A stretch of 48,778 nucleotides of DNA, the filler included, from Catajapyx aquilonaris (taxonomy: Eukaryota), in the NCBI GenBank assembly GCA_000934665.2. It is 2 parts of 2 records of this genome, joined end to end, with 100 filler letters (N's around TTAATTAATTAA, not from the genome) between each part and the next. Parts side by side here need not be neighbours in the genome. Positions count along the whole stretch, not along the records: positions 24,399 to 48,778 come from JYFJ02005540.1; 1 more part is not named here. One strand, written 5' to 3'. The position numbers and the translations under genes are program-made. The notes below the pieces were generated by a model. It was not told where the DNA came from. It was given only the letters and a program-made list of their open reading frames with translations, and made no database searches. Of the stretch, positions 45,901 to 48,778 are shown piece after piece (the stretch's first letter is position 1; every line of letters starts with the position of its first letter).

Positions 45901-47656
45901 ACACGAATAGCATACTAGTGGAAATGTCAGAGGGTAAGCTCGATATCTGGCAAGCAGGTCGGAAAACCATTTAATTTGTTAGGAATAAACCCGACTGCTT
46001 TATATTGACGCCCGACTAACTCCAGGAGATTGACATACAGTCAGGCATTTAATGACTTTGTCGCCACCAGATTTCCTTTGCTTCAGAGGTAACTAGGTCA
46101 CCTTGACACGTATTTCATGTAGCCTACGTACCCTAAGGTGTGTAAATGATGCTGAATTGTGGAGCCAGGAGCGTTCCACAACTTGAGAGTGTCTGAAAGG
46201 AGATGCCTGCTGGATTGCGTAAATATGATGCCTGAAATTTAGCTTCTTGATTCTAGAAATTCCGACCATAATGCTTCATGCATTTATGCCTATCAAATTA
46301 GGCCTGAAATTAGATCTGGAATCGGAATGCACGACAGAGCTGAAGCCAACCGGAAATTAGGTCCCTTCTCAGTCGCCGCATAATAATGATCCCACTCCTA
46401 AGACAAAGAAAATCGTCCAAGCCAAGTGTGTCCAAGTAAGTGCTTCTGGCGACTATTCCCAGCAAGGGCGCAGCTTCAAGTGGAACGTACAAGATAATAT
46501 GATTCATTATTTTGCTACTCTAATGTACAAAGTTAAGTGCTCCTTGATAACTGTAATTTTACATGGACAGAGCATCTAAATAATGTGCAGAATCATCTAG
46601 CTCCACTCAACATACAATATTACTTACACGCAGCTCAGTCAGGTACCACGAATGTCAGAAAATGCATTACCACAGCTGCGTTAAATAATTCAACTGAAAG
46701 AAAATTAAAATTAAAAATTCATTAACAGGGTATATTTCCCTGGAAGCAATATTTCTGAGTACTATGAGTTATTAACTTTCATCTATGTACAATGAGGGTA
46801 AAAAATTCACAATGCACCATGATTTCTCTACGTAAACGGTATTAGCCGTCGCCGGCAGGGGTGTTCCATTTCACAGACCCACCATTATTCGAAGCAACTC
46901 ACATTACAGCAGAAAAATCCCAGAAATGTAAAGGTTGGGTTTTTAAATTATCGGCATCTGCCTCTGACATGACCGTGGTTTTTAAAATGCTTTTCACTAT
47001 ACTTTCATATTTCATTTTTCAGATATTGTATGCTAAAAAAGAACTAGGAGGCTGTCATATTTTTTTTTGCATTTATCGAAACCGTATACCACACAAAAAC
47101 AAAGCGTGTGTGTTGCACATATGAAAATTTTAGTTCTGTAATATGAAGTGTTGGTTTCTCGTACCAAACGTCCTGGAATTACCGTCAACAGCTTCAATTT
47201 TCATAGGCATGTTGAATTATAGTCTCCGCTCACTTAGCAATTGCACAGGAAGTCATATACCTTATATTTCCTTCTCAGTATATGCACAACCTAACATTGT
47301 CCTTCTAATTCACCCTGGCATGTGACTGATAATATTAGATTGGACCTACTTTCTTTGATTCATGGTCGTACAGGTCGTCATACACCATGATTCTCTAAAA
47401 AAAATTGCACCACAACGCATAAGGTTTCAGGGGTAAACTTTTTTGACAGGCCGCCGGCGTAATTGAATTTCGACCTCAAATGTCAAAGAGCATCCGTTTC
47501 ATCAAGCGGGCGAAAAAGACTTCTTTGTTCTTTTCCGCAAGCCCCTCGCAGTATATGATCTTTATGCAATGCAAAAAGTTTCTTCTCCCTAGCTGCCTGG
47601 ATCATCGAGTCAATATGGCGCACATTCTCTGTAGAAACTGGGGCTAGGACACTTAC

Positions 47657-48275
47657 CCACTTCTGTTTTATGAAGTATAGTTTTGACAGAAACTTTTGAA
47701 ATAAGGGACATATTGACTTTCACACCAGTTTCGCAGAGCTATTTTGCAATTTTGCAAATGCATGTCGGCCTGAAGAATTGACTCTCCTTTTAATAATAGT
47801 GACCCCGCACTCATTTCTTTTGCCGGCCTCAGAATTCATCCTCATTACTGCTCTAAATGAGCCCCAGACCTGAATAGTGCCTGGGTGGGGGGTCCTCCTG
47901 TAAATCCCCCGAAAAAGAGGCCAGCAGTTCATCCGAGCGGAAGATGGCCGCCTCCACTCTCCTCATCCCGACTCACTCTCTCTTTGCTATAGCAAGCAGG
48001 CCATTCAAATCAGAGCAAATGGAAGCCCTGGCACAGTTCCCCACCCAGCAGCAGGCCAGACTTGCTTTTGTGCATTCGGACCTGTCCGCGGAAATGGCCT
48101 GGACGGTATACGTGTGGTCCATGGGTCTCTCTCTCTTCTTCGGTCCTGATTCTGCGGGCAGCATCACGGGAGCGTGAGGAAACTCTCACGCAATGGCTGA
48201 GGCCTTAATTCACTTACATTATCAAGGCGCAACCAGCGGCTTTATAGGAAGTGCTCAGCCATATTGATTGGACAA
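47657..48275 (-). promoter_or_regulatory. Candidate promoter / non-coding first exon region for the receptor
   Basis: Minus strand reads CCAAT (~48267-48271) then TATAAA (48246-48241), a GC-richer block with GCCATCTT (YY1-like, ~47941-47948), and a strong donor TGG|gtaagt at 47656. Motif evidence only; a second GTAAGT at 48217 complicates the model. Confidence 0.3.
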
Positions 48276-48778
48276 CTTGGATCAAAGTTTTCCTCTAACG
48301 GACAGCAGCATCGGATCCAATATTGCTTGCATCCTAACCTATAATGTGGACAAGGGTATTATTAACTGAGGCTAAGAGCCGCTTTTGTTGATCATAGTGT
48401 GCTGAATTGCTTTGGATGCAAATTAAAGAGAAATGCAAGTGGTTGAGTATTCTTAATTATAAATATATAGAGAGGGGTTGCTGTAATTTATGAAGCAATC
48501 CAAGCTAGTGTATTTACAGGCCAACATATTTGTGCAACGTGAAACCTGCATGCCTTTCCACTGAAGTACGCAGCTAATATTGACCAACATATACTACGAA
48601 ATAATGTAAAGGTATGTACAGTCGTAATCATAAACGAAACCTGTACATCGAGACGTCATTCAATTCCGCCAAAGTTTCTGTACTGAACAGGCTTCAGGTT
48701 ATTTTCGACAGAAATTCCCTGAAAATCAAGGGACAGAAATATAGAAGGTCGCCACTGAGCAAGATTCAGCTACACCGA

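Overview
Eukaryotic genomic window, probably arthropod (judged from protein motifs and repeat landscape; the species cannot be determined). Two minus-strand genes are visible. (1) A multi-exon Dbl-family RhoGEF (DH-PH) that resembles PLEKHG7. I assembled it by hand from GT-AG boundaries with continuous reading phase: 14 exons, 24040 to 1649, about 925 aa. The 12 exons from 11157 down are well supported; the two 5' exons are tentative. (2) The first coding exon of a metabotropic glutamate receptor-type class C GPCR (42427 to 42029). I recognised no further receptor exon in the 42 kb downstream, so as assembled the RhoGEF lies on the same strand inside the receptor intron. However, an artificial 100-bp scaffold linker (N44-TTAATTAATTAA-N44, 24299-24398) separates the two genes, so their adjacency is unproven. 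Introns hold several fold-back MITEs, a dispersed short-TIR element family, a higher-order 15/16-bp tandem array, isolated hairpins and microsatellites. Candidate regulatory oddities are a set of phase-1 alternative first exons, a possible stop-codon readthrough tail and a uORF-rich receptor leader. No rRNA, tRNA, CRISPR or autonomous transposase was recognised.
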